In this document: piece by piece, positions 20,526 through 29,882 of the stretch | How positions within the stretch are numbered: position 1 is the first letter of the stretch | Layout: each line of letters begins with the position of its first letter | From: Myxococcota bacterium | GTDB lineage: Bacteria; Myxococcota_A; SURF-8 | Direction of reading: 5' to 3' | NCBI GenBank assembly: GCA_965140415.1 | Contig: OZ223209.1 | Coordinates: 2,304,001-2,368,000 of the forward strand | DNA: 64,000 bases | The notes under the pieces: model-generated | The model's database searches: none | What the model was told of the DNA's origin: nothing | The model's input: the letters and a program-made list of their open reading frames with translations, nothing else | Program-made: the position numbers and the translations under genes

Positions 20526-20758
20526 AGATGTATAGTAGTAGGAATCCAGTGTGAAATAGGTGTTGCGCAAGGGGCGTGTGGCAGCTTTCCCATCTGTTTG
20601 TAAGGGGCGATACCGAAGCTAAAGCATACCGGTTTCCAGAGAGCAGTAAAGTGTTGCATTTGGGTCGTGGGGTAGAGAAACGGGTAGTTGTCCGTGTGGC
20701 TTTCCCCATATGAGCGCTCCTAAGTAGGTTGTTGCTCTGATTAAGAAAAGGGAATCGC

Positions 20759-22429
20759 TTGGAATATCGGAGTTCAATTCCAATTTTTACAGTGTTGCTG
20801 GCACTTGTTTTTGGTGTGATTCACGCCATGCAATGGAGTGGAACCGTTGATACGGTGACCTACGCGCTGTACATTGGCGATGTCAGTTTGCAAGCGTTTA
20901 TCATTCATCCTTATCTCCACGGAAACCCATATCATTTACTTTCCGCCATCGCCTTTTTAGGGGTTTTCTGTTGGTATCTAGAAGGGCGTATGGGAGTTCC
21001 ATACGCTGCGCTGGCCTGGATTCTCGGGACGGTTTCCGGTGCATTGGCTTGGTTGCTGTTTGCACCGGTTACCAGTGATCCACTGATTGGCTCAACCGGT
21101 GGTATTACCTGCATGGCCATTGCCTACTTGGTTTTGGGTGATAATCGATCCTTTGCTTTGGGACCGGTTCTTTTATGGGGTATTGCTTTACTCTTTTTCG
21201 TTCCGGTACAAGGTTTTGCTACCACGCCTTGGATTGTTGTGGTCGTTTCAGCGATTGTCGGAATGCTATATGGTATTTTTTCTATGTTTTTGCTGTATGG
21301 GCGAGAAGAAGAAGTGGAACTGCTGAAGAGCAAATTCGCTTCGGGAGAAGCCCAGTCTGCTGAAAACGACGATCAACGTATTATGGCGCGCTTGTCTGAA
21401 GCGGTAGCGGCCAGTAATTCCAATGGTTCACAGGCAAGTATCGTTATCGAGGAGGATTCGCAGGAACTGTCCGGTAACCGTAATCGCGATGTGAATGATC
21501 TGACAACTTCCGATTTGATGATGGAAGGTGAAGCCGTGTTGCTTAGCCTTCTCGATTCCAACCCGGAAAACGTCGAAGCGCGTTGCCAACTCGTCGAATT
21601 ATACATTAACAAAAAGAAAAAGCAGGATGCGGAGATCGAAGGTCGCAGTTTGATTAAATTGCTGATCGATCAAGGCGTAAACTCCAGAGCTTACAAATAT
21701 TACCGTGCAATTGTCGATCAGTTCGGCGATATGGAGATCAGCGCCAATCTTATCGGTGGCTTATTGAAAAACCGATTGACGGCTGGTGACATCGATCCTT
21801 CCGAAGAATTGCTTGAAAAATTGATGCGTGTGGAGCCAAGTAATCGTTTAATTCCAGACTACCTGGCTCAGTACGTTCGGCTACTGGCTCGGTCTAACGG
21901 TCCCAACGACCGACATACCGTGACTTGGCTGAAACGTTTGACCGATGAATATCCGGCTCATCCTTCTACCCAGAAGTTACTGGGTGAGCTGAATACAGGA
22001 GAAATTGAAACCGTCAATGGTGATAATGGAAAAGATTCTTCTTCGCCTCTGTCATTACAGGATTCCGGTGTTTTCAGTATCGATCATGTACGCAAGGCCA
22101 TCAAGCAAAAGCACCTTGAAGAAGCCGTGGACATCTTGATCGATCAAACGGAAATGGTACGCCAGTTCGATCCATTGATTTTATACGGTGTTACGCTTGA
22201 TCTGTTGCAAAAACCGGAAACCATTTCCAAAGGCGTGGTGCTATTGGAATTGACGATTCGTGCGCATATTAAGCATCCCAATACACCAAATCTGATTGTA
22301 GAATTGGTTTCGGTTTATATTTCCAACCTCAAAAAGCCCGAACGGGCCAGACAATGGTATCAATTCCTTTCCAAACGCTGGCCGAATTCACCAGCGACCA
22401 TGCGAGCCAAGGAACTGACACGCGTGTGA
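20759..22429 (+). CDS. Rhomboid-like membrane domain (degenerate active site) fused to a helical/TPR-like domain
   Basis: HPYLHGNPYHL, LEGRMG and LIGSTGG resemble rhomboid motifs; C-terminal KRWPNSPAT resembles a TPR end. Confidence 0.65.
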   Translation: MEYRSSIPIFTVLLALVFGVIHAMQWSGTVDTVTYALYIGDVSLQAFIIHPYLHGNPYHLLSAIAFLGVFCWYLEGRMGVPYAALAWILGTVSGALAWLLFAPVTSDPLIGSTGGITCMAIAYLVLGDNRSFALGPVLLWGIALLFFVPVQGFATTPWIVVVVSAIVGMLYGIFSMFLLYGREEEVELLKSKFASGEAQSAENDDQRIMARLSEAVAASNSNGSQASIVIEEDSQELSGNRNRDVNDLTTSDLMMEGEAVLLSLLDSNPENVEARCQLVELYINKKKKQDAEIEGRSLIKLLIDQGVNSRAYKYYRAIVDQFGDMEISANLIGGLLKNRLTAGDIDPSEELLEKLMRVEPSNRLIPDYLAQYVRLLARSNGPNDRHTVTWLKRLTDEYPAHPSTQKLLGELNTGEIETVNGDNGKDSSSPLSLQDSGVFSIDHVRKAIKQKHLEEAVDILIDQTEMVRQFDPLILYGVTLDLLQKPETISKGVVLLELTIRAHIKHPNTPNLIVELVSVYISNLKKPERARQWYQFLSKRWPNSPATMRAKELTRV

Positions 22430-22502
22430 GTTTCTTTTTTCCCTAGGTTTAACGAAGAAAATTCTTAGTGAGATTGTGGCTGATCTGTCTAATTCAGGTA
22501 GA

Positions 22503-23405
22503 TTAAAACACGAGGCCACTGATATCGATGTCTTTCAATACCCGGGCAAGTGTCAGTAGAATTAAGTAAAAAGCGATGGGGGGTAAAAACACGGAAAGCA
22601 TGGCTCTGGAATTGGAGATGTGATGCACCCGGCTCAATCCGATGATGGACATGACCATATTCCAAACAAAGGCGATGAAATCTCCAAAAATAGGAATCGC
22701 CATAAACAACATCGGTGACAGAGCGTAAATCACCACTCGGAATGTTCCTCGAAAACCTGCTTTGGCTGAATCCATCAAGGTTAGAACAAGATGGTACATC
22801 AAGGCGTTCAGGTAGATCGTAATAATGGAGAGCAGGGGAGAAGCAATGAGAATGAGATACGTGATGCGTTGTAACTCCGCCTCGTTCACTTGCGATGCGT
22901 CGATGCCACCCGCTTTCTGGCTAGCCTCGATGAGCATGGGCAAGAAGAGAATTCGATACAATGCCCAGAATATATAACCGATGGTTAAGAAAATCCAGCC
23001 ATAGCTCAGCACACCCTTTAATGGACCGGTTGTATCGAGACTGCTAAAAAAACGTGTGGGAGTTAGAGTCGCCTGTTTCCAGGTTTCTTTCAACGCGGCC
23101 GCAACTCCCCGTCTCTGGCGTTCTTCCCAGGGGGCTGATAGGCTACCTGCTTCCGGTTCCGGCTCTGCTTCCCTTTCCGTTTCAGAGTGTATCCCTAGTT
23201 CCTCCGCTCGTTGGGCTTCTTTTTCCTCAATGATTTCCCGAGTTTTCTTGTTGCCTAAAAGCACTTCCGGGCTGATCAGTACGCGGTCCTGTTTGTCGCT
23301 ATCGGGAGGATAGATCCAGATCCTAGCATGGCAGCGAGGGCAATCGTGAATGCCGGGGTCTTGAACGACGATCGGTCGTTTGCAGTGTGGGCATTGAGAA
23401 AGCAT
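22503..23405 (-). CDS. Zinc-ribbon + YIP1 domain membrane protein
   Basis: CPHC...CPRC at the N-terminus; PWE and PTRFF followed by ~5 TM helices with TFRVVIY and GLSRVHHIS. Confidence 0.75.
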   Translation of the reverse strand: MLSQCPHCKRPIVVQDPGIHDCPRCHARIWIYPPDSDKQDRVLISPEVLLGNKKTREIIEEKEAQRAEELGIHSETEREAEPEPEAGSLSAPWEERQRRGVAAALKETWKQATLTPTRFFSSLDTTGPLKGVLSYGWIFLTIGYIFWALYRILFLPMLIEASQKAGGIDASQVNEAELQRITYLILIASPLLSIITIYLNALMYHLVLTLMDSAKAGFRGTFRVVIYALSPMLFMAIPIFGDFIAFVWNMVMSIIGLSRVHHISNSRAMLSVFLPPIAFYLILLTLARVLKDIDISGLVF

Positions 23406-23545
23406 AAGAAACAGCCTTTGGCTAGTGGTTTGATACGAGGACTGGAAAAACTACGCCGGACTCATCTTACATGATTGAAAGAGAGTCCGGCATAAGGTTT
23501 TTGATCATATGATACTATTAAGAAACTCCGAATCTATTCGGTTCG

Positions 23546-24436
23546 TTATGGTTTTTCTTCTGTTTTCGGGGCAGGCAATCCCAGATCTTTTCGAAGGATC
23601 GGGGCAATCTTGTCACCGGCGGCGGCAGTCAGCGAGTAAAGCAGCTCGGAGAAAATGCCTTCCCCCGTAAAATTCATGTCAAGGTTGGACATCAGTCGAT
23701 TGTGTTTGACATCCCACATTTTTATTTTAGCGTTCAGTTTTCCTCGGTAGAAATTCTCGGTTGCTCCACCCAGGTTTTTTGTTGCTGGAATATTTATGGT
23801 TCCCACGATCAGGATGTCTACTCCTGCTTTGTCTTTCAAAATGGCAAATCGTTTTTTGTCCCCTTTGAAAAGGTGAGCGACATCTTCATCTTTAACTGGC
23901 AATTCGTAAGGATTGGCAGAAACCTGTTCGAACTCGGAGTTGATGGTTTGATAGATTTGATCTTCAATACCGGCGCCGTCGGCATCTCCCTCTGCGGCAT
24001 TGGCCTTGATTCGTAAAAGCACTTTCCGTTTCGCAGGTTTGTAGTCGAAAAGTGTACGCAATTGTCGGCTCAACTCTGCTTCTGCTTCGGTCTGGTTTAC
24101 TTTAATAGGTAATGTAAAGGATTGTTTGACCGGATCGCTGCCTACTACCGAGGCCACGATTAGTCCGGAAATGTTCTTCTTCTTTTTAGTGAATGTGATT
24201 TCTAGAGTATGTGTCGTTTTGTCCGTTTTTGCTTTGCTTAGCGTGTATCGGCTATCCAGAGCGAAGAAAGATTGGACGAACTCATTCATCCCCTTTAAAG
24301 CATGCAGTTTTGACGGAGTTTTGACGTCACTGAATTGCAAAGTATAACCCGCTTCTTGTGCCATGGCTTGGGTCGATAAAAACATTCCAAGCAGTAGAGC
24401 GGAGCAAGCAAGAAACTGAATTGATCTGAATCGCAT
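23546..24436 (-). CDS. Secreted/periplasmic hypothetical protein
   Basis: Signal peptide (STQAMA); C-half resembles CsgG/LpoB-like alpha/beta domains (VDILIVGTI, KIKMWDV). Confidence 0.6.
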   Translation of the reverse strand: MRFRSIQFLACSALLLGMFLSTQAMAQEAGYTLQFSDVKTPSKLHALKGMNEFVQSFFALDSRYTLSKAKTDKTTHTLEITFTKKKKNISGLIVASVVGSDPVKQSFTLPIKVNQTEAEAELSRQLRTLFDYKPAKRKVLLRIKANAAEGDADGAGIEDQIYQTINSEFEQVSANPYELPVKDEDVAHLFKGDKKRFAILKDKAGVDILIVGTINIPATKNLGGATENFYRGKLNAKIKMWDVKHNRLMSNLDMNFTGEGIFSELLYSLTAAAGDKIAPILRKDLGLPAPKTEEKP

Positions 24437-24614
24437 TCTTGGAGTCCTTTCACTGATCTTACTAATCACAGTTGTAAAAGATTTTAATGGCGGTCATTAT
24501 AGGTGATGTGTTCTTCTTGGGCAAGGGATTCAACATCGTTGAGATTTATTGGTGATCGGGCAGAGTTGGGATGCTTCCTTGCCAAAGAGGAAGCACGGTG
24601 TGAAACGAACCGTA

Positions 24615-25046
24615 TCAGTTTGTAAAATCACGCACTGCCCGTTTTCTAGCCTCCTGATAGGCGGCTTTGGCGCGCTCAAGTGTCGAATCCAACGTTTCCA
24701 GAGCGTTGGGATCCTGGAAATTCTTGATTAGAATACCGGCTGCTCCCTGTTTAACGGCTTCCATTACCAATTCTTTGGTGGGCGTCGCGGTCATCAGGAT
24801 GACTTGAACGATACGATTGCTTTCTTTAAGGAATCTCAGAATATCCAGCCCGCTCATGTTGGGCATATCGGCTTCGCAAATGACCATACTGAAGTGACTG
24901 GTTCGCGCTGCGTTGTATCCCTTTAGCGAATGATTGTACAATTCAACCGCATAGTCGTTTCGATCGTTCAGGATTTTTTCGAGCGTGGTTAATGTTTCCT
25001 CATCGGGATCGATGACGGCAACTCGAAACGGTCTATTTTGCGCCAT
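24615..25046 (-). CDS. Single-domain response regulator, atypical (Asp-to-Glu at the phosphoacceptor)
   Basis: Receiver fold VAVIDPD...VICEADMP...LMTA...LIKNF; AGGAG RBS. Confidence 0.8.
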   Translation of the reverse strand: MAQNRPFRVAVIDPDEETLTTLEKILNDRNDYAVELYNHSLKGYNAARTSHFSMVICEADMPNMSGLDILRFLKESNRIVQVILMTATPTKELVMEAVKQGAAGILIKNFQDPNALETLDSTLERAKAAYQEARKRAVRDFTN

Positions 25047-25245
25047 GCCAATTCTCTCCTGTAGCAGTCATGCTCATATCATCTATAAGAAAAGAGCGGA
25101 TTTGCATTTGGTTTTAACGCTCCGGGTGCGCAGTATAACGGCATTTGCTAGGAATTGACAAGAGCTTTTCTGTTACAATTTCATGATGTGTAAATCCAAG
25201 CCATTTGTGTGGGCTTATGCAAATTATTCGGGAAGTTGTGTCTGT

Positions 25246-25929
25246 TTAGGATGAAAGGAAACTGGCTTGATGAAACTGTTTGACTAAATCTTCCCAGCGC
25301 AACCTCTGTTCTTCGTCCTGTTGCAGTCGAATTCCGATTCCTGCCTTGATGCCCAGTCGGGTTGCTTGTTTTTGCGGAATCGAATAGACAACATTTCCCT
25401 GTGTTTCGAATGTTCCGACCTCATCTTTAAAATGAAGATGAATGTCAATTAAATCGCCTGGTTGCGGTTCGATTTTTGGAAGTGGAGAATTTAAAAACAA
25501 ACCGCTATAGCTGATATTTCCACATGTCGTTTCGGCAGAATGGTCCTGATGGGAAACGGTTACTGGGACTTCAAACAAAAGGCGGACATCCTCGTTCATC
25601 TCGAAACTGGTTTTTCGTAGTGCTTTGCTGAACTTCAGAAAAGGGGCTTCATCCAGGATTTTCGCGGTAATTTCATGGTAATCGAGTCTTTCGCTTGGAA
25701 ACGATTGATGCTCGCAACTGGTGATCTCGGCGCGAAAGGTGTAGGACTCATGGAAATTCGGATCTCCGTGAAAGGTTCGAGTGCTGCCGATGGGGTAGCA
25801 GCCTGTACTGCGAAGGATCATTTCGGTATTGCTTGCCGCCATCAACAGTGCCCCTTCGGGTTCATCCATCGTTTCGGGGGTAATTTCAATTCGTGCATTC
25901 AAGCGAACGTAAATCGTCTCGTTTTCCAT
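25246..25929 (-). CDS. PilZ domain-containing protein
   Basis: C-terminal NISYSGLF, GNVVY and GIGIRL; start placed at the ATG at 25929. Confidence 0.75.
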   Translation of the reverse strand: MENETIYVRLNARIEITPETMDEPEGALLMAASNTEMILRSTGCYPIGSTRTFHGDPNFHESYTFRAEITSCEHQSFPSERLDYHEITAKILDEAPFLKFSKALRKTSFEMNEDVRLLFEVPVTVSHQDHSAETTCGNISYSGLFLNSPLPKIEPQPGDLIDIHLHFKDEVGTFETQGNVVYSIPQKQATRLGIKAGIGIRLQQDEEQRLRWEDLVKQFHQASFLSS

Positions 25930-26045
25930 GTTTCGGCCCTTTTCGATGCCAACGGATATGTAATTGGGATGACAACTCAAACTACTGTATGTTCGTCTAT
26001 CATAATGTAAAACTCTCCGATTCCGGAAAGTCTTTTTTCCTTTCC

Positions 26046-26074
26046 TTGTCAATGCAGGAAGGCTTAAGTACAAT
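26046..26074 (+). promoter_or_regulatory. Sigma70 promoter of the yjbQ-like gene
   Basis: TTGTCA-N17-TACAAT. Confidence 0.6.
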
Positions 26075-26139
26075 GCCCGTGATTATTGGAACTTTTAGAA
26101 CGTGACGACAATACTGAATTTACTGGAAAGTGACAGCAA

Positions 26140-26559
<420 letters not shown>

Positions 26560-26800
26560 CGCATATTCCTGGTTGAAGTTTGTGTATGTGAGCATTGGGA
26601 TTTGGGATAAAGTGCAATTCCTATGTTGCTGAAAACGCAAAAATGGTCTATAGTTACGACCGTTCTATATGCAAGACGTGTTCTGCCGTTTCTTGGCGGT
26701 TCTCGTCAAATACACGTGATGCATTCCACGATAGAATGAATGTGGATAATGCAAGTGGTTGAATGACGAACCAGGCGTTTGTCGTAGATTGAGGACTTCA

Positions 26801-28837
26801 ATGAATCGTCGATACAGCCTGATTTTATTGCTGTTTGTGAGTTTGTTTGCGATCACAGGCTGCAATCCTTCCTCCTCCGATAATCCGTTCGGTGATGTGG
26901 ACAATCTTGAGAATCCATGGGAAGGGGATGGTGATGACGAGGGCAACGAATCCGATCGTTCGGCTTGCCCCGCGATAGCGATGCAGTGCCCGGAGAATAC
27001 GGATTGTATGGTGTACGATGCCTCAACCGGTGAGCCTCCGGAATGTGAAGTTTCTTGTATCGGAGTTGCAGAGCCGGATGGAAGCGACTGCTCGGTAGGT
27101 GAACTTAACGGAAGTTGCAAGCTGGGCGCGTGTGTCGTCTTCGGTGATGCGGATGGCGATGATACTGGCATCGATTCCTGCCCGGATGACCCTTCGCCGG
27201 TTACCTGCCCTGAAGACACGGATTGCATGGCTTTCAGGCTGCGCCGCGCAGCTTATCCCGATTGCATGTACTATTGTGAATCGCTTGCCCTGAACGAGCA
27301 CGAATACTGCTCGGTTGGTGGCTTGCCGGGATATTGCTCGCTTGGACAGTGTATCCCGTGGAACGATGGTGACGATGATTTCGTAGTCGATGGTGATCTC
27401 GATTTGGAAAGCGAATCCGATCTGGAACAGGATGATCTCATCGACGGTGACGAGACGGAATCCGAATCTGATGCGCCTTTTTTAGTCGAATTGCCGGCTT
27501 CTATTCCTGATGGAGTTCCCACAGGCATCGCCAATGTCATTCACATTGAAGGTGAGGATAGAGGGACCGTTCAAGGTGTTTGTGTCTTGGTTGACATTGA
27601 GCACGAATACAACGGCGATCTGATTGTGACCTTGTATACCCCGCAGGGAAGTGAATTTCGTATTTTCAATCAACAAGGCAATGGACCTGATCTGCTTCTC
27701 GATTTTCGCTCGGACCGCTTCGATGGCGAAAATGCGGCAGGTGATTGGATGTTGGTCGTTGCAGATCTGGTCGCTCAGGATAGCGGTGTCTGGTTGAGTT
27801 GGAGCATCGATCCTTTCTGCGATGTCCCCGATGGCGATATTCCCGATGGCGATGCCTCTGATGGTGACGTTCCAGATGGTGATATTCCCGACGGTGATGT
27901 CACAGATGGCGATGTCACAGATGGTGACGTTCCCGATGGTGACGTTCCCGATGGTGATGTTCCGGATGGTGATATTCCCGACGGTGATGTCCCCGATGGC
28001 GATATTCCCGATGGCGATGCCTCTGATGGTGACGTTCCAGATGGTGATATTCCCGACGGTGATGTCACAGATGGCGATGTCACAGATGGTGACGTTCCCG
28101 ATGGTGACGTTCCCGATGGTGATGTTCCGGATGGTGATATTCCCGACGGTGATGTTCCGGATGGTGATGTCACAGATGGTGACGTTCCCGATGGTGACGT
28201 TCCCGATGGTGATGTTCCGGACGGTGATGTCTCGGATGGTGACGTCCCGGATGGCGATGTCCCGGATGGCGATGTCCCGGATGGCGACGTCCCGGATGGC
28301 GATGTCCCTGATGGCGATGTCCCGGATGGCGATGTCCCGGACGGTGATGTCTCGGATGGTGACGTCCCGGATGGCGATGTCCCGGATGGCGATGTCCCGG
28401 ATGGCGATGTCCCTGATGGCGATGTCCCGGATGGCGACATCCCGGATGGCGATGTCCCGGACGGTGATGTCTCGGATGGTGACGTCCCGGATGGCGATGT
28501 CCCTGATGGCGACGTCCCGGACGGTGATGTCTCGGATGGCGACGTCCCTGATGGCGACGTCCCGGATGGCGATGTCCCTGATGGCGATGTCCCTGATGGC
28601 GATATTCCCGATGGTGATATTCCCGATGGCGATGTCCCGGATGGCGATGTCCCGGATGGTGATGTCCCAGATGGCGATGTCCCAGATGGCGATGTCACTG
28701 ACGGTGATGCCGAGTTGTACTGTACCTGTTCATCTAACAACGATTGCCCGATGGGCTACTATTGCGAAATGTACCCAGGTACGGAGTCTTGCGGTATTGG
28801 ATGTTTCATCCTTCCTCCGGATGGAGATTTGTTTTAA
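26801..28837 (+). CDS. Asp-rich lipoprotein with Cys-rich modules, proprotein-convertase P domain and DGDVP tandem repeat
   Basis: Lipobox AITGC; P domain (VDIEHEYNGDL...GDWML..D...DSG.WLSWSI); C-terminal CSSNNDCPMGYYC; GAGGA RBS. Confidence 0.8.
   Translation: MNRRYSLILLLFVSLFAITGCNPSSSDNPFGDVDNLENPWEGDGDDEGNESDRSACPAIAMQCPENTDCMVYDASTGEPPECEVSCIGVAEPDGSDCSVGELNGSCKLGACVVFGDADGDDTGIDSCPDDPSPVTCPEDTDCMAFRLRRAAYPDCMYYCESLALNEHEYCSVGGLPGYCSLGQCIPWNDGDDDFVVDGDLDLESESDLEQDDLIDGDETESESDAPFLVELPASIPDGVPTGIANVIHIEGEDRGTVQGVCVLVDIEHEYNGDLIVTLYTPQGSEFRIFNQQGNGPDLLLDFRSDRFDGENAAGDWMLVVADLVAQDSGVWLSWSIDPFCDVPDGDIPDGDASDGDVPDGDIPDGDVTDGDVTDGDVPDGDVPDGDVPDGDIPDGDVPDGDIPDGDASDGDVPDGDIPDGDVTDGDVTDGDVPDGDVPDGDVPDGDIPDGDVPDGDVTDGDVPDGDVPDGDVPDGDVSDGDVPDGDVPDGDVPDGDVPDGDVPDGDVPDGDVPDGDVSDGDVPDGDVPDGDVPDGDVPDGDVPDGDIPDGDVPDGDVSDGDVPDGDVPDGDVPDGDVSDGDVPDGDVPDGDVPDGDVPDGDIPDGDIPDGDVPDGDVPDGDVPDGDVPDGDVTDGDAELYCTCSSNNDCPMGYYCEMYPGTESCGIGCFILPPDGDLF
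27821..28709 (+). repeat. 15-bp coding tandem repeat (~59 units, D-G-D-[VIA]-[PTS])
   Basis: Units like GATGGCGATGTCCCG; exact 165-bp higher-order duplication (27821-27985 / 27986-28150). Confidence 0.97.
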
Positions 28838-28932
28838 AAGTAGTTACGGTGTGCCGGAATAAGCGAAGATGCAAGTCGGAGCAGCCCAAAATTTGTTAAT
28901 GTTGATTCTCAAAGCGAACGAGTGAAGTAACG

Positions 28933-29325
28933 ATGCGTAACCAACTAGCTATAGTCGATGACGACGAGAAAATTCTGATTTCGTTAAAGCGGTTTTTTAC
29001 TCTGAAAAATTTTCAGGTGGATACCTATAACGATCCAAGGGAAGCGATGACGCGGATCAAGGCGTCTTTTCACAAGGTCGTGTTGGCTGATATCAATATG
29101 CCCGGCATGGATGGCATCGAATTGATGACTCGGCTGAAGAAATATAATCCCTTGATTCAAGTCGTGATTATGACAGGAAATTCCACTCCGGAAGCCGTTC
29201 GAAGTGCGATTATGAAAGGGGCCAGTGGGATTGTCGTCAAACCGTTTGACAGTTTGCAGATGCTGGAGCGCGAAGTGGAGAAAGCCATTAACAACGTCGC
29301 CATGGCAATGAACAAGAAACGCTGA
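28933..29325 (+). CDS. Single-domain response regulator (canonical)
   Basis: IVDDD, LADINMPGMDG, MTG and KPF motifs. Confidence 0.92.
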   Translation: MRNQLAIVDDDEKILISLKRFFTLKNFQVDTYNDPREAMTRIKASFHKVVLADINMPGMDGIELMTRLKKYNPLIQVVIMTGNSTPEAVRSAIMKGASGIVVKPFDSLQMLEREVEKAINNVAMAMNKKR

Positions 29326-29327
29326 TT

Positions 29328-29867
29328 ATGAGCAAATCGCTGCCTGACAAGGGATACATTCACGTTTATACCGGAATGGGGAAGGGCAAGACTACCGCTG
29401 CGCTAGGAGTCGCTTTGCGTGCTATCGGGCACGGGCACCGAGTGTATATCGGCCAATTCATGAAAGGGATTGCCTACGGTGAAGTCTTTGCAGCGGAAAA
29501 AATCGGTGATGCGTTGGTGATCGAGCGTTATGGGGAAGACAGCATGGTGCATCCTGATGCACCACGCACCGAAGATCTACAGCGTGCAGTCGATGGCTTG
29601 CAGCGTTTGCGCAACGCCATGCATAGCGGAGCGTATCAGGTGGTGATTCTGGATGAAATCAATGTCACCGTTGATTACAACCTGTTACCTGAATCCGAGG
29701 TGTTGGCGCTCTTGGATGAAAAACCGGATGGAGTTGAATTGATCCTGACGGGTATTCACGCTCCGCAGGCATTTCTAGACAGGGCGGATCTGATTACGGA
29801 AATGACGGAAGTGAAACATTATTACCGGTCGCAAGGAATCCTTTCCAGGCCCGGAATCGATCGATAG
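29328..29867 (+). CDS. cobO: Cob(I)yrinic acid a,c-diamide adenosyltransferase (CobA/CobO/BtuR)
   Basis: YTGMGKGKTTAALG, QFMKG, ILDEI and ADLITEM..KH motifs. Confidence 0.9.
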   Translation: MSKSLPDKGYIHVYTGMGKGKTTAALGVALRAIGHGHRVYIGQFMKGIAYGEVFAAEKIGDALVIERYGEDSMVHPDAPRTEDLQRAVDGLQRLRNAMHSGAYQVVILDEINVTVDYNLLPESEVLALLDEKPDGVELILTGIHAPQAFLDRADLITEMTEVKHYYRSQGILSRPGIDR

Positions 29868-29882
29868 CGAAGGGTAGCGCAG

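Noticed and set aside
20530-20758. Riboswitch or ncRNA in the long leader
   Set aside because: No recognisable conserved aptamer motif by eye; would need an Rfam search.
23455-23491. Inverted repeat GCCGGACTC...GAGTCCGGC as a mobile-element end
   Set aside because: Single copy with no transposase or target duplication; more likely an ordinary terminator or stabilising hairpin.
27821-28709. Possible CRISPR array
   Set aside because: Contiguous 15-bp coding units with no unique spacers and no cas genes.
27775-28862. SPSGT-repeat (- strand) and Met-rich (+1 frame) ORFs over the 15-bp repeat
   Set aside because: By-products of a stop-free repeat; only the DGDVP frame connects to a signal peptide and folded domains.
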